Source: Podarcis bocagei (Eukaryota). From it: a stretch of DNA of 64,000 bases. The stretch lies in NCBI GenBank assembly GCA_964188305.1, contig OZ076893.1; one strand, 5' to 3'. Below, in pieces: positions 23,782 through 35,854 of this stretch; the first letter of the stretch is position 1, and every line of letters starts with the position of its first letter. The position numbers and the translations under genes were made by a program. The notes under the pieces were generated by a model that saw only the letters and a list, made by a program, of their open reading frames with translations, searched no databases and had not been told where the DNA came from.

Positions 23782-24875
23782 GCTTGCCTGCAGACCAAGA
23801 CACATCTGTTTCATGATATACTGCAGCGCAGAACCAAAATACAACACATGTTTTTTCTGAGAATTAGTGGTTGGTGTAGGGGAGTGGTACTTATGCTTTA
23901 ATCAATTACTGATTTCTACACATCAATTTTCTAAATTAAGTATTCTGTAACTTAGAATACATTCCAAAGCCTTAAATATAATAAACCTCTTAAAGATGTT
24001 CCTAAGTATACACAAGCTGATTAGCTCCTAGGTTCTAGCACTTTTTGATTCAGTAAACATAAAACTATGGAAATATGTAGTGGTTAAATGTTTTAAATCT
24101 TCTGACACTCTATAAAAGTCTAGATTACAATATAGACATCAGAACGTATTCTGCATACAACATAATTTTGTTGGAGCTCCTTGGTTCTAAGCTTACATGG
24201 AACAGAGCATAAGGAGTACAGCTGAAGGGTGGAAGTGGCTTGGCTATTTGCTGTGAGATGCAATTATCTGTTATAAGAATCTTTGAGTCGTTCTTCAAGA
24301 ACTTCTTTGTAGTAAGGTGCTTTACACCAGGTCAGACTGTTTGTTCTTATAGCTCAGCGTTTCCTCTGATTGCCAGTGGCTCTCCAGCTTCTCAGAACGA
24401 CATCCTTCTCACTACCTGCTACCTGACTCTGTAGCTGGAGATGCTTGGGACTGAAACATGGGACCTTCTGCATAAAAAAATGTTCTTCCACGGAACTATG
24501 GTTCCGTTGCAGTAGGAAGTGCACTGATTACAAACATCTTTTTTTAGCAGCATAATCCGCTGAATTCAGTTTCAGTGTCTAAAATTTTAATAACAGATTC
24601 TTTTTCATAAACTTGGTGTGGGTGGGTTTCCTGTGGTTAGAAGCTACTTTCCTGGAATTTGGCTTGCTGCTGGTAGAGAATCCAGCAATGAATGCCCTCC
24701 AAATTTGCAGGCTAAGTCTCTTTCTTGGCTGTTTATATAAATTCAGAATTTTGTGACAGTTCAGGTCTTGAGAAATTAAGTTTTTAATAGATACCCAAAT
24801 TATTATAGATTATGTGATATTCAGCACTGTCTGTTTAAAATAGTTTCTGCAGTGCAATGAATGATGCTATTGAAG

Positions 24876-25113
24876 AGTTTGGATTTGATATCCCGCTTTA
24901 TCACTACCCGAAGGAGTCTCAAAGCGGCTAACATTCTCCTTTCGCTTCCTCCCCCACAACAAGCACTCTGTGGGGTGAGTGGGGCTGAGAGATTTCAGAG
25001 AAGTGTGACTAGCCCAAGGTCACCCAGCAGCTGCATGTGGAGGAGCAGGGAAGCGAACCCAGTTCACCAGATTACGAGTCCACCACTCTTAACCACTACA
25101 CCACACTGGCTTT
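24876..25113 (-). mobile_element. Squam3-like tRNA/CORE SINE
   Basis: Minus-strand head gccagtgtggtgtagtggttaagagt; close reverse-complement match to 48132-48383; flanked by CTATTGAAG duplication (24867-24875 and 25114-25122). Confidence 0.85.
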
Positions 25114-26352
25114 CTATTGAAGGTTGAATTCAGAGCTAATCATGGGGGGGGGGGTGTTTTTAAGAAGATACTTGGTACTTACAACATTTCTGCTTTTTGG
25201 TCAGTATGCTTTATTAGATTTTTACTTTTAAACCTTTGCTTACAGTTTATGATGTTTGCATGACACAGTTTGCAGGTGCTGAATATTTTTCAACAAGCAG
25301 ATTCGAAAGACTTCTGTTTTTAAAAAAGCAAATTCTTGTTGAAGTAAGAAATGAATGTTTTTACCCCCCAAAAATTATTTTTTTGCAAAACCATTTTGTG
25401 TGAAAGTGTACAGAGATTATTATGTTGTTTTGATTTCTAAAAGTTTCAGCTGCAATCTGCATGCATCAGGTTGCTGTGTGTAAGGAAAGATGGTAGCACT
25501 TCACATGGGATTGAGATGCAAATATCATTTTTTTAAAAACCTATCAGAACAGGTGTTGAGCTTCAGAATCTAAAGACACAATACATGTATACATACAGAC
25601 AGGAACCATTTTACGCATGTCTGATTAACGCACAATCACACACATCCTTGTTGCTGCTGACCTGGAAGTGGCCCCAAAATGGGCTGGTCTAGTCTTGTGT
25701 GCGCTCTTCCAGTGTGTGTGGGGAGCAGGAAGGGACCCCCTGCGCAAAATGGTCACCTACCTCCACAGCTTGACAGTGACTACAGAATAAAAGCCTATTG
25801 TAGATGTTTGTCTGACATCAGCCCTTGTTTTATGCCATTAGATTGTGCAAAGAGGTTGCCCAACTTTATATTTCTTGACGTAGGCAGAAATGCTTTAGCA
25901 CTAGTGGAAAAAACATGCTGAATTTTTGTGGCAGGATTTTCTTTTACTTAAATTTTACGTGCTAGATATGATAATGAATTATATGGAAACTAGACTTGGT
26001 TAGTTGCTTCATAGAGCTAACTGTAAGAATATAAATAGTATTGCATTGGATCAACCAGATTTACCTGGATAGGTTTTTGAGGTTATCAGTATTTGTCCCT
26101 AAATTGAAGAAGACAGCTGCTAGTATTTCAAGCTTGTCTGGCTTGGCCATCATTTGTGTATGTCTAACTGTTGACAAAATTGGAAATTATGTCAGCTGCC
26201 CCTTCTACCATTGACCTGATTCTCATTTCAGTTCCCAGTACTTTGCTTCTTCCTCTTGCCTACTCTTCCCCCTTCTGCTTGATCACGTCTCTTAACTTTT
26301 CAGGCTCAGGCATGTGCCAGCCAATTATATCACTGGATATATTTGCAAGGTA

Positions 26353-26521
26353 CAGTCACACCTCCGCTTACGTAAACTTTGGGATATGTAATCGGCAAAC
26401 CCGGAAGTATATTTCCGGGTTTTTGCCGCGCGTGCACAGAAGTGGTCTCTCCAGTTGCAAAATCCTCGGGATCTGGCCGGACCTCTGGAACAGATTCCGT
26501 CCGCAACCGGACGTACCACTG
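26353..26521. mobile_element. Tigger-like MITE (family D)
   Basis: TA-CAGTCACACCTCCG...CCGGACGTACCACTG-TA; internal aaacccggaa/ttccgggttt palindrome. Confidence 0.8.
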
Positions 26522-26667
26522 TATACAGCCTTGCCCACACCTCCCCCCAAAATGAGGGAAACGGAGGATAAGAAAAGGCTGTATATTATTTGGTTCAATC
26601 AATAACAACAGGTGAAAGTACTTTTGACAAAGAGGCTGTGGTGGGCTGGGTGTGGTAGAACCTAAAG

Positions 26668-26793
26668 CAGGTGTAGGGAACCTTTGGCATGCCAGATGTT
26701 GCTGAACTACAACTCCCATCAGCCCAAGCAAGCATGAGCAGTGGCCAGGGATGATGGGAGTTGTAGTTCAGCGACATTGGATGCCCACATCTG
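26668..26793. mobile_element. Hairpin hAT-type MITE
   Basis: CAGGTGTAGGG...CCCACATCTG termini; gctgaactacaactcccatc/gatgggagttgtagttcagc stem; degenerate 8-bp TSD acctaaag/gtctaaag. Confidence 0.8.
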
Positions 26794-29462
26794 GTCTAAA
26801 GTCTTCAACCTAAAGCTAGAATTAAAGGAAGAAGCAACAGTTGCAGCAAAAACTTCATTGGAATATAATTCTAGACAGAGAAGTAACTTGGGGAAAATAT
26901 TTTGTGTCTTACCTGAGAACGAAAGCAAAAGAAACTTGCCTGAATGAATATTATTGAGTCATGTATACGTTCCACAAACTTCAACCTAAAAAGAGAAATG
27001 GATATTACACGAAGAGTAAACAGTAGATTCATTGATCCTTTTTTGTTGTGCCTTTCCAGGGCAATTGGAGAATTCTCATGGCAGCAGGGAGCTTTTACTC
27101 CCTAATTTGCTGTTAAAACTTTTATAAGGGCTGGAAAACTTTTAGGTGGGAAAATGACATAAAATGGACTATCAGGCTATAGTTCCAGTTTTGGCGGATA
27201 TCTTTTCCAGCTCTGCCACTGGAGTTGTTTAAACGAGTATATTTGGATGTTTTGTTAATGGAGCATGGAAAGATATCATTGCTATCATAATTTAAGCTGG
27301 TGGTTTATTTCCAGTTGTTTCCTGAAGGACTGTTTGTTTATGTTGTGTTTGCATGATCTTCTGGTCTTTCTGGTAGCAAAGAGATGACGGACCTCTGGGC
27401 CAGGGCTGAGTTGATGAGCAGTAGCTTCCTTATGTACCTGTTTATGCTGCTGTATTGCTCCATTGTTGGGTTAACGAAAACGTGTGCCTTGGTACAGAAG
27501 AATGCCTCTTTTAAGATGGTACCGACTATGACACCCACTGCTTTGTGTATATTCTAAAGGCAATGTGTGCTTTTCTTTGGAACAGCTTTTCTTTATATGT
27601 TAAATTCTTCTGGTTTTATTAATTGAACAAAACTTGTGTGATCAACCAGTCAGCCGATATGACATTTATTGGGTAACAGCCTTCATTTGTGCATATCGTA
27701 AATAAACTCACAAAAGTTGCTAGCTGCAAGTTTTGTTTGGGCTTTTTTTATACTAATCTGCTCATACACTAATAGTCCAAATATCCATGCTAGAGTTGGA
27801 AAAAGAAAACCCCCTTGCCCACAACCAACATGGAAACATAGGACGCTTGTAATGTTAGGAGGTTCATTTTAAAGGTTTCAAACTGAAAACGCTCATTGGA
27901 AATGAGATCTTGTTTTGCAAGAAGAAAGTGGTTGGAATGGCAGAACTTGTTTCATCTGAATATAGAGGGGTAACGAGAGAAGATCGCTTTGACCCTCCCC
28001 CCAAATTTGAAGAACGTTCTTCCTAAGGAGGCTCATGTAGCACCTATTTTAATGTTGATTTGGCACTAGGAGAAGACTTTCCCTTCTCCCAGACATTTTA
28101 ATCATTTTTTAAACAGTTCAGTCTTTTATCAGAATATACTTTTGCCTTGCTTCATCTGATGATAATTGTTTTCAACTTATAGGGAAGAGTTCCTACAAAA
28201 CTCAGATTTTTAATAGAATTGTGCTGGGGTTGAAATTGCAGTTGCTGAGATTAAATTTTTCTGTATTCATTAATAGTTGTACGGATTGTGTTTTATTGTA
28301 TGTCACCTAGAGGCTTTGGCTTGAGGTGATGAGCAACTTAAATAAATAAAGCAAGTTCACAACCCCCGTCTTTTTTTCTTTTTTAAGAAAAACTATCACA
28401 GGAGAAACTATACATGAAAAATATGTTTTCCCCCCTGAGGACTGGTGTTTTGGGGAACACTGATAAAAAACTCACATGAAATATTTTACTTGATGCCAAA
28501 AATTCTACATTTATGTAGGTAATGTATGGTGTGTTGCAGTCTACAAGAAATAGTCATAATTTGCTTATACAAAATTAACACGTTTATACTTTTGAGGCCT
28601 CAGTCCTATGCACGCTTAACTGGAATAAGCACTACTAAGCAAAGTGGAACTTGCTCCATAGTGAAGTTAATATACAAAGGTTTGTGCTATAAAGTTTAAA
28701 AATATACCAAATAGTACAATTTTATGTACTAAGTTGTAAAAAATGCATTTTATGTTGCTAAATGAGTAAAATTAGTTTAGGTTTGACAAGGAAGGAAGTA
28801 TTGCATGTATTTCAATTTTCTCCAAAACATTCATCCCCCCCACGGTACATCAAAAGGGAAACACTTTCCCCCATGGCTTCAAAATGTCCAAATACTTTGC
28901 ATCTCTAGAGGACATTGGTACTTAAATGCCTTGCTATAACATATTTACCAAGTTGGAAGTAGGTTGTGTTAATTTTCTTATGATGTGAATTACCTTGGAG
29001 CTGGTTCACACATGACAATGGCATGTAGGATTTCCGTAATATTTGGAAACCTTTAAGGGGAATCAGAGACTTCAAAAAGTCCTAGGCACATCCAGATCAG
29101 ACCTAGGTCACTGCCAGTCACTGTAGCCAATACTTTGCTATATGGACCCTGTGGTCTGACGCTGTATGAAGCTGCATCCTGTGATCCTAAGATTTTATCT
29201 ACTATTTTATCTGGAACACAGCCTTAATCTGGACAGGGAGATTTCTGGTAGAGGTGGGGTTGGTGTTTTTTGGGGTGGGGGGTGGGGGTGTGGAATAAAG
29301 CTTACTAATGGAGAAAATGAGGAGTGTAGCATATATTGTAGCCTCTTTTTTGCCAAACAGGTGTTTTATTGCTGAGCAATGTTTATTAATAGGTTTTTCT
29401 ACTGGAGTAATATGTTACATTGTTACTTAATTTAAATTCATTGGCATATACCAATGAATATA

Positions 29463-29700
29463 CAGTGGAACCTTGGGATGCGAACGGGATCCATTCCGGA
29501 GCCCCGTTCACATCCTGAACGCAACCTAAGACGCGACGTCGCGTTTTGCCACTCCGCGCATGCGCGTGATGACATTTTGAGTCTCTGCACATGTGCGAGC
29601 AGTGAAACCCGGAAGTAACGTGCTCTGTTACTTCTGGGTTGCTGTGGAGTGCAACTCGAATGTGCTCAACCCAAAGCACATTAAACCCGAGGTATGACTG
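29463..29700. mobile_element. Tigger-like MITE (family A)
   Basis: TA-CAGTGGAACCTTGGG...CCCGAGGTATGACTG-TA. Confidence 0.88.
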
Positions 29701-29702
29701 TA

Positions 29703-29936
29703 CAGTCGTACCTTGGTTATTGAACGATTTAGCTCCCAAACACCTCAAACCCGGAAGCGAGTGTTCTGGTTTGCGAACGTTATTTGGAAGCTGAATATCT
29801 GATGGGGCTTCTGCGGCTTCCAATTGGCTGCAGGAGCTTCTTGCAGCCAATCGGAAGCCGTGCCTTGGTTTCCGAACGTTTTGGAAGTCGAATGGACTTG
29901 CGGAATGGATTCCGTTCGACTTCTGAGGTACCACTG
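29703..29936. mobile_element. Tigger-like MITE (family B), abutting the family A copy
   Basis: TA-CAGTCGTACCTTGG...GAGGTACCACTG-TA; shares the TA at 29701-29702. Confidence 0.88.
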
Positions 29937-32900
29937 TACTAATATGCCGTTTTGGCTTGCCATATATGCTAGATGTCACATAGTGCATGAAAAAAAGGGT
30001 AAAATGTGATTGTATGAATTGGAAAATCTGCTGAAAAATCCACGAGGCCACTCTTGGATTTTCCTGAATGTGGTTGAAATGGAAGGTTTCCAATCAGTGT
30101 AACTGTAACATATTTCAGTATAGACTGAGCACTTGCAGTGTTATGTAGTCATAGTTCTCTAGAGTAATAGAAATTGACAGTAGGTACTTAAATAACATTA
30201 ATATATCAGTCAAGTTCGGGATGAACATCTTACATAAATTTATTCTAAGCATTTTAATGCTGTATTAAGACCTGACTGCTAAAGGCTTCACAGTCTTGAA
30301 AATAGGCATTCAATGTAGCAAGTACTTGTATAAATGGCTAAACTGCTAGTGCTAAAAGGCGATACTTCTTAGTGGGGTAAAACTTGGGACAGATGTACAG
30401 ATTCAACATTTAAGCAGGATGCAGTCAGCCTGATAAATTTTGAAAATTGAAATCGTCCTCTGACTTGTCTAGGAAATGGTTAGAAATGTGGATATCTTGC
30501 TTATTGGCCTAGAAGTGATAAAGGTTGCCTTAGAGTGAGCACTGGTCATACTGGAATGACTATGTGACTACTGTGAGACTAAGCTGAAAGCTAAAAGGGG
30601 GTTGTTTACACATGCATATTTTTACTTGATGACTGAAACATCATGATCCACTTCCCTTTGTGAATGATCCATCAAAGATCAAGTACCTTAAATACAACTT
30701 AGAGTTAGTTCATCTTTTTAGTCTGAATTATATACACATGCGTGAACCATCACTAGGCAAAAAAGAGTGCAGTTCTGAATTGTGTCCCCAAGGAATCAAG
30801 GTGGCTTGATATGTGGAAAGTGCAGTATACTCTAAAATTTCTATTTTTGTATAAATGTATTTGAATTAAGAAGTAACCTGAAATAGTTATTTGAATGTGT
30901 GAACTACTCTGTGACTACCACTCATTAGCTATAAAGTCTACCTTATTTGAACTGTTTCAGTAGGTTTCACAAAGCTGATAATATTGAAAGTGCTACATAT
31001 GTGAACTAGTGGTTGGTAGAAATGAAACATATGTTGGTAACAATAAACATAACTCTTCATTTTATTGTGTAATGGATAATGATCCTGAATTACCTGCTTC
31101 TGATTAGCTGAGCAATAATGCAATTCTAAGTTCAAAGCCAATAATAATAATAAATCAACTGGTAGACCTTTTTTGTATTGTATAAAGAAGTTGCTATAGA
31201 GGACTGCAATTTGTAGCTTTAAAGGTTGTAGGGAACTGTGACTAAGTTGCTTCCATCCAAGTATGGTGTGGAGTATCCCCTGCATGGAAGGCAAAGTACA
31301 TTACTGTATCAGTGCCCGACAGACTTCTGCATGTTTTATGAGCATGTCCTTGAATCACTAATACATGCAAAAGTAACATTTCCATAATTAGTAAAGTGAT
31401 GCAACATGTCGGGCACCACTGCTTTTGCTTTATAGAAAGTTTGTGCTGAGTTATGGAATCTTTGAGGGATAAGAGTTGATATTTCCATTCTGGGTTGCCT
31501 TAAGAGAAAAAAAAGAGATGAACAAATCTTTCTTCTGTGAGAATGGTACAGCTCTCACAGCCCTTCCTTCCTGATGAAACACCATGCACAGGCATATTGT
31601 TGCAGCTCTTTTTACCTGAGCTAGGAGGAGCGTCATATGAATTTCCTTGTTTTAATTACTAACAGATGGAGCTGGGATACAATCTCAGTGCTACTTCTGT
31701 CTGCACCGATAGTACCAATGGAGGCAGGACTGGGCAAGTGGGGGAGGGAGAGGGGAATGAGTGGATGAGCAATAGGGACTGCAGGCTTGAAAGATATGAG
31801 CCTTTTGTCAGCAATGCTTGTGGCCAAAATAGCCACACATGAGTTTGATCCACTGCATGTACAGAGCACACACACAGACACAAATGCAGGATCTTACCAC
31901 ATTCATTCCCATTGCAGCATTGGGCTGAGATGGGACTTGTCTTCCCAGCTAGGAAACTGCCACTATTTTCCTGTAAATGGTGTGATGGGGAGAGAGGAGA
32001 GGAAGCTTCCTTCCATCCCACAAGTTGCAAAAAGCCACAGCAATATTCAGCTGGTGCTTCCTCCAAAAACCTGCTAGGGAGGGAAACTTCTCTCAGTGGA
32101 GAAAAGAAGGGTTCTTCTTTTATTATTATTATTTCGTTTCCTTTAGCATAACTTGCAGAAAGGAAGCCATTTAGCCTTTCTTTCCTATTCTCCATTGAAG
32201 AAAGAAGATGGTATTTTTTCCTCTCACCGTGAGTTGAGGTTTTGCAAAAGAGACAGCTGAGGGGGGGGGGACTAATGGGAGGGAGACAAACCACCACTTT
32301 TCCTCATGGGTGCATCAAATAAAGAAGGTGGCTTTTATTTCCTTTCCTCAGTCATCCCCACCAGAGGTAACGGAGCCGTGAGGTCCAGATTTTTTTTTTT
32401 TTTTGAAAGCCTCAACTCAGAGCAAAGCCACATTTTCTTTTCCTAAGAGTTGGGCTTTTCACTCTGCTGTGCTAGCAGCAGTATCTCCTTGCTGTTTCCT
32501 GTAAAAATTGAAGAAGGGACACTATCCCTTGTTTTCTTCACAGAGAAGAAAGGGAGTGTGGTCTCTCTCCATTCCTGTCAGACTTCGCAGAAAGCAACTG
32601 TGAGGTACTGCTGTGCTTTAGGAAAAGCAAAGACATAGAAGTCCAAGTTTCAGGAGGAAAAGTACCTTTTACTTTCCTCCCGGGAGAGCCAAGGAGAAAA
32701 GGAGAGGTATTCCCCCAGTCGCCCGCCAAGCAGGGCTTTGGGTGGAAGCACAGGTGTTTGCCAGATGAGGGAGAGGTATTTGCAAGTGGATTTATCGAAC
32801 TTTGCCATCCTTGCAGCTGCGTGCGCTCTCTCTCTCTCTCTCCCTCCACATCCTTCCAAGAGGTAGCTGTGTAAATCTAGTCTATTGCAGAAAAACCAGC

Positions 32901-33854
32901 AAAGACCAAGAGATGTATCAAGTTGTCTTGTGTATAATATATGTATAGCACTTTTTTAAGTGTTCAGCATTGTTTACATGATTATCTGGTTGTAGTCCTT
33001 ACAGCCTGCTACCCTTGTTTCACCTTCAAACTATTTTGTACTTTTTCTATAGCATTCCCTATATCATTTCACCCAATTTCCTGTCCCTGAATCCAGTCCC
33101 TATTGGTTTCCCTGTTGTTTCACCCAACTCTGCAAAGAAAGTAGTTTGGATCCAGAGCACTTCCTCCAGCCCTCTTGGCTACTCTAGGGAGTTCCTGATG
33201 ACAAATTCTATAGTGCAGCCAATCCCAGTGGGGCTCTCTGTCAGCAAGTATTAGCTGATTAGGGCTGACAGGGAGCCTTGCTTGCAAAGGAATAATCTGG
33301 ATCTCATTTTAAACTCCCGTTGTTTCTTTGTAGCCACGTCTGTACCTCTTCACATGTGATGTCACCTGTGAGGTCAGATGTGAGCCAAGTGACCGAGGTT
33401 TGTGGGAAAGGCCTTGCTGGCCAACCTGCATCCCACGCCTGGCCTGATTAGGCCAACAGGCCAGAGGTTCCCCACTGCTGCTCTAGCTACTACGCTACGC
33501 CAGTCATTGCAAAGTGTGTGAGATGGGCACACTTCATCAGACACACAGTCCTCATCTCTAGCTGTCACACCAAGTCTTTTAGTTAAATATAACATCAGAC
33601 ATACCTGTTTTTCCTTTGATGATTTCAAATGTTGTCTGACCTCCAGTTCCAGAGACAAAAATTAAAGGAATCTTCTTCAGTGAATTGTTTGTTTACCTTG
33701 CTTGCTTGTAAAGTTACAATTCATTACAATTATTTTAAAAAAATTGTAATGAATTGTTTTTTAAATTGTTTTATAATAATGAGCTAACTTGGTTTTTTTG
33801 TAATTAACGTAAATACCCTTCTGAGCTTTGTTTTAGGGAAGTTGATGCTATAAT

Positions 33855-33903
33855 TTTGTTGTTGTTGGCATCCATCTGCCTGGAGAGACAATGGAAGTGC
33901 AAC

Positions 33904-33955
<52 letters not shown>

Positions 33956-34040
33956 AAGTCAAACCATTTGAGAGTTAGTGTTTGCTGTGACTGTAGAGAC
34001 CAATAAGGGAGAGATAAGCATTGGCACCACCGCCTGAGGC
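33855..34040 (-). mobile_element. Fragment of an RTE-related non-autonomous retroelement containing (TG)n
   Basis: ttgttgttg tail followed by 'gagagacaatg..gtgc...aagtcaaacc', shared with 42305-42870. Confidence 0.5.
33907..33952. repeat. (TG)23 microsatellite
   Basis: Perfect run visible directly. Confidence 0.98.
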
Positions 34041-35369
34041 TGCTGCCACCTTAGCATGGGTGGGTGATTTCTTTATACTTCTGCACTGAGGGGCGTACGG
34101 CTGCCTGCACCCTCCAGCAGAGCAGTTTAACAAAGCCCCCACCTGGCCGGGGGGGGGGCGGCGGCTTGATCAGCTGAAAAGCCCCCTTGGCAGAAGGACT
34201 TGAGTGGCTGTTATTTCACCTGAATGTACAGCCAGGTGAAACAGCCTCGTGGTCTGGCCCTCATACCGGTACTGGGTGATGTTTTGATACATATTGAGAC
34301 CCTTCATTTTGTTTACTGTCATGTGCATTTTTAAATTTGGTTCCTGGACACTTTGGGACTAAAGGCATTGCATTAGCTGTCAGGATGGCAACTCATTTTG
34401 CCATTAGGCACACAACATCCCATTTAGCTTTTCTTCAGTCTATGCTAAAGTTAACAGTGGCAAGAGCTGTGGCAAAGCCCAAAGAGTAACATACTCTTTG
34501 AGCTCAAATCAATATGCTAGCTGTGGTCAAGCGTCTCTCTTGACATACAGGTAGGAGGTTTTCTTGATTTAGCTAAGAGTCGATATAGATCTATATTCAC
34601 CAGTATATGCTGTGGGGGCAGGGCATGTGTGCTTTGAAGGTCCCTTCTCACTGTTAAATATGTTGCTTAGGTGGCCATGCTTTTAATGCTCACCAAACTG
34701 CTGCAAACTCAGTCAGCTTGTCTGTACTATGTGACCTAGCTTCCTTTTTATGCTGCTGTTGTAAATCTCTACTCTACCTACTAGTCCACCAATAATAACC
34801 ACTCTTCACCCCCATATAGATTCAGCCCATCATTGAACTAATCCTTTGCAGTGTCATAAAACAAGCTCAGTATAGGAACATCTGTGAATCACTTTACCAC
34901 AAATAGGATAACTAAAAAGGAAAACTATCTGGATAGGTGTCAGTGGGATTTGGGAGCTAACTGCCAAATATATACACATATATACAAATATACATGTCTT
35001 ACCATGTAGTCATAATGGGCTGAATTTAGTGACCTTGATATAAAATTGTATTTTCAATGTCTTGTGACTTGAAAAGCTTGCATGTACACCAGCATATAAT
35101 GGTTTATGAAACAGAAATAAACCCTGATTAAAATAGTATTAAAATAGTCCATAACTTGCTTTGCAAAGATGGTCAAACAGCATTATTTATATGACACCCT
35201 ATAACAAGCATTCTGTGGGTTGCTTGCAATGTAAGTATAGCATGAATGCAAAAAGTAAAGGGAACTGTGTTGGCTTATAAGAAAACTTTTTAAAATCTAC
35301 CTTAAACAACACCTTCATTAGGCCAACAGAAAATGTACACAAGTGTGTTCTTGTGAGAGTTCTCTAGAA

Positions 35370-35854
35370 CAGTGTTTCCCAACCTTTTTTGGGCAAAGGC
35401 ACACTTGTTTGATGAAAAAAATCTCAAGGCACACCACCATTACAGCCCCGTGACGTCAGCGCGCAGCGTCACGCCGGGAGGGACGCACGAAAGTGTAAGT
35501 TTCAATTTTTTCCCCTCCCCCTTGCCGGGGAACCTCCAAGCTTTGGGGGTGGGGGGGAGGAGGCAGCAAAGCGAGGCAGGAAGGAGAGCGCGGCTTGGCT
35601 GGGTGAGCTTTGGCAGGGGCAGGGAATGAGAGCCGCGAGGCGGGCGCTGCGGACGGAGGCGCTGCCCGCCGAGCTCGCAGGCAGCCAGGCAGGCAGACGG
35701 CGAGAGCCCAGCGCTGGGCGGCCTCTCCTCGCCGCCGCCGCCCCGGCTCTCGCCGCCCAACTCGCCCGCCTCCCTCCAGGCAACATCTCGCGGCACACCA
35801 GGCAACATCTCGCGGCACACTAGTGTGCTGCGGAACAGTGGTTGGGAAACACTG
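35370..35854. mobile_element. Young non-autonomous hAT (Charlie-like) element, 485 bp
   Basis: Perfect 15-bp TIRs CAGTGTTTCCCAACC/GGTTGGGAAACACTG; perfect 8-bp TSD CTCTAGAA (35362-35369 and 35855-35862); CpG-rich interior. Confidence 0.95.

Noticed and set aside
29386-30093. 235-aa minus-strand ORF
   Set aside because: Runs through two non-coding MITEs and shows no transposase motifs.
31659-32297. 212-aa minus-strand ORF
   Set aside because: Non-ATG start, no recognisable homology or exon structure; probably chance.
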